From: an uncultured Nitrososphaerales archaeon
GTDB taxonomy: Archaea > Thermoproteota > Nitrososphaeria > Nitrososphaerales > Nitrososphaeraceae
Assembly: GCA_963841565.1 (NCBI GenBank)
Contig: CAWJCY010000006.1
Location: forward strand, 128,001-192,000
Length of the DNA stretch: 64,000 bases
Direction: 5' to 3'
This document shows, piece by piece, positions 62,520 to 64,000 of this stretch (positions are counted from its first letter, which is position 1; each line of letters opens with the position of its first letter). Below the pieces are notes generated by a model, which did not search any database, was not told the origin of the DNA, and saw only the letters and a program-made list of their open reading frames with translations. The translations under genes and the position numbers were made by a program.

Positions 62520-62948
62520 CTAACCGGTTGCGTTTTCACTTTCATTTTTTATACTATCAGCCTTCAACTTATCAGAAAATGAAACCAACTTGCCATGATC
62601 TTCGATTTTTATAGTGGTGTTCATTCTGATGTTCAATCCCAACATGCGGAAAAGTGATAATAATTCTCCTCCTGATATCTTCTGCTGTATGTCTCCTCTT
62701 TCTATTAAATCGAGTATGCGATTCATTACCGCTAGGGTTTGTGATGGAAATTGAGATTCAGCGGCAGATAAAACCTCATCCCCTCTATCATAAATATACT
62801 TGAGAAAAGTCTGTTTCTTTGACTTTTCTATAGATTTGGATTCATCTTGGATTTTTCGTCGCTTTTCAGTGGCAGCAGCTTGCTCCCTGAGCTTCAACAT
62901 TTTTCGAGCTTTTATGATTTCTAAATCTGGATCTTCTTCTGACTTCAA
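62520..62948 (-). CDS. PDCD5-like dsDNA-binding protein
   Basis: DPDLEIIKARKM..L, KISGGELLSL...LG....T.IKI; overlaps rtcB stop. Confidence 0.8.
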   Translation of the reverse strand: MKSEEDPDLEIIKARKMLKLREQAAATEKRRKIQDESKSIEKSKKQTFLKYIYDRGDEVLSAAESQFPSQTLAVMNRILDLIERGDIQQKISGGELLSLFRMLGLNIRMNTTIKIEDHGKLVSFSDKLKADSIKNESENATG

Positions 62949-64000
62949 CCCTTCATTACACCTAACGGGACTAATCTTGCCACTTTCGTTGCAATTCCTA
63001 CAGAATGAGAAATAGTAGCGACTCTATCGACGTCTTTGTATGCATACGGTGTTTCCTCCACGACACCTTCTTTAGTTAGAGCTTTGAGATAAATACCTTT
63101 ATCTGTGAGATTTTTTCTGACATCATCCAAGGAATATGCTCGCTTTGCGGCCGATCTCGACATAGTTCTTCCAGCACCATGAGCGGTAGAGCCGAAGCTC
63201 AAATCAAGTGATTTTTTATTGCCTAGTAGAATCCAACTGGCAGTTCCCATAGATCCAGGTATGATAACTGGCTGACCCACAGCTCGATATTTTTCAGATA
63301 CTTGATGCATTCCTGCTGGGAACGCCCTAGTCGCGCCTTTACGATGAACCATTAAATCACGTGTTCCCTCGCCATTAACATCGTATCGCTCTACTTTGGC
63401 AATGTTATGCGAGACATCATAGACTAGTTTCATATCTAGCGCTTGTTCACTCATACCAAACAGCTTTTCAAATGTCTTTCTTGTCCAATGTGTAATTAGT
63501 TGCCTATTGCACCAAGCAAAATTGAGTGCAGAATACATTGCTTTCCGATAGCTCATTCCTTCCTGGGAGTTATTTGGAACACAAGCCAATTCCCTATCAA
63601 CTAGTTTTAATTCGTACTTTCTTGCAATACTTTCAGAAAGGCGTAGGTAATCGCTGCATACTTGATGCCCAAAACCTCTAGATCCACAATGAATGAGAAT
63701 TGTCACTTGGCCTATTTCATTTAAACCCATAGCAGCAGCTGCCCTTTCATCAAGGATTTTATCTATCTTCTGAATTTCTAGAAAGTGGTTTCCAGAGCCT
63801 AGACTTCCTAGCTGGTTCATGCCTCTCTTCTTAGCAGTCTCCGAAACACTATCTGGATCAGCTCCAATCATCCTACCTCCCTCCTCACAAACCTCAGCGT
63901 CCTCTTCACTACCGTACCCATTTTCAATAGTCCATTTCACACCTTCAACGAGAAATTCATCAAGGCTAGATTTCGTTAATCTGATCGAACCTGTTTTTCC
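62945..64000 (-). CDS. rtcB: tRNA-splicing ligase RtcB (5' part outside window)
   Basis: QLGSLGSGNHFLE, HCGSRG.GH, SHNIAK, HRKGATRA, IPGSMG, HGAGR, EE.P.AYKD. Confidence 0.97.
   Translation of the reverse strand, partial: GKTGSIRLTKSSLDEFLVEGVKWTIENGYGSEEDAEVCEEGGRMIGADPDSVSETAKKRGMNQLGSLGSGNHFLEIQKIDKILDERAAAAMGLNEIGQVTILIHCGSRGFGHQVCSDYLRLSESIARKYELKLVDRELACVPNNSQEGMSYRKAMYSALNFAWCNRQLITHWTRKTFEKLFGMSEQALDMKLVYDVSHNIAKVERYDVNGEGTRDLMVHRKGATRAFPAGMHQVSEKYRAVGQPVIIPGSMGTASWILLGNKKSLDLSFGSTAHGAGRTMSRSAAKRAYSLDDVRKNLTDKGIYLKALTKEGVVEETPYAYKDVDRVATISHSVGIATKVARLVPLGVMKG

Overview
64-kb chromosomal window from an ammonia-oxidizing archaeon, most likely Nitrososphaeraceae (Nitrososphaerota/Thaumarchaeota). 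This is inferred from gene content: Amt with an N-terminal extension, class III PhaC, futalosine pathway, ComA-wHTH fusion, TFE-beta and frequent TTG/GTG starts. Most of the window is housekeeping: TFE alpha and beta, DEAD-box helicase, guaA, mptE, csl4-pheA, XPF, the exosome superoperon (sbds-rrp4-rrp41-rrp42-rpl37ae-pcc1-pfdB), rpoD-rpl18e-rpl13-rps9, a sufC/ChdC-like/DUF1802/AKR/AhbAB heme and Fe-S cluster, rlmE, aIF1A, pduO, mqnD/E/C, HMG-CoA synthase, PDCD5 and rtcB. There are two tRNAs (intron-containing Cys-GCA and Ser-GCT). An accessory stretch at about 35.6-43 kb holds wHTH regulators, a DDE transposase remnant and a stand-alone proteasome-like Ntn hydrolase. No CRISPR array, rRNA or intact provirus was seen. 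Best candidates for novelty: (1) aIF1A appears to start at a non-canonical ATA codon, suggesting start-codon autoregulation like infC/eIF1; (2) a propeptide-less Thr1 proteasome-beta/connectase-like protein next to an IS remnant; (3) an orphan protein with a TFB cyclin-like HTH and an HD-like tail; (4) a membrane-anchored (NSTSA)13 sequon array and a secreted 25-aa repeat peptide; (5) an unannotated C2H2 zinc-finger microprotein. Three single-base insertions (rpoD, padR, NSTSA gene) are probably assembly errors. All calls come from reading motifs by eye; no searches were run.
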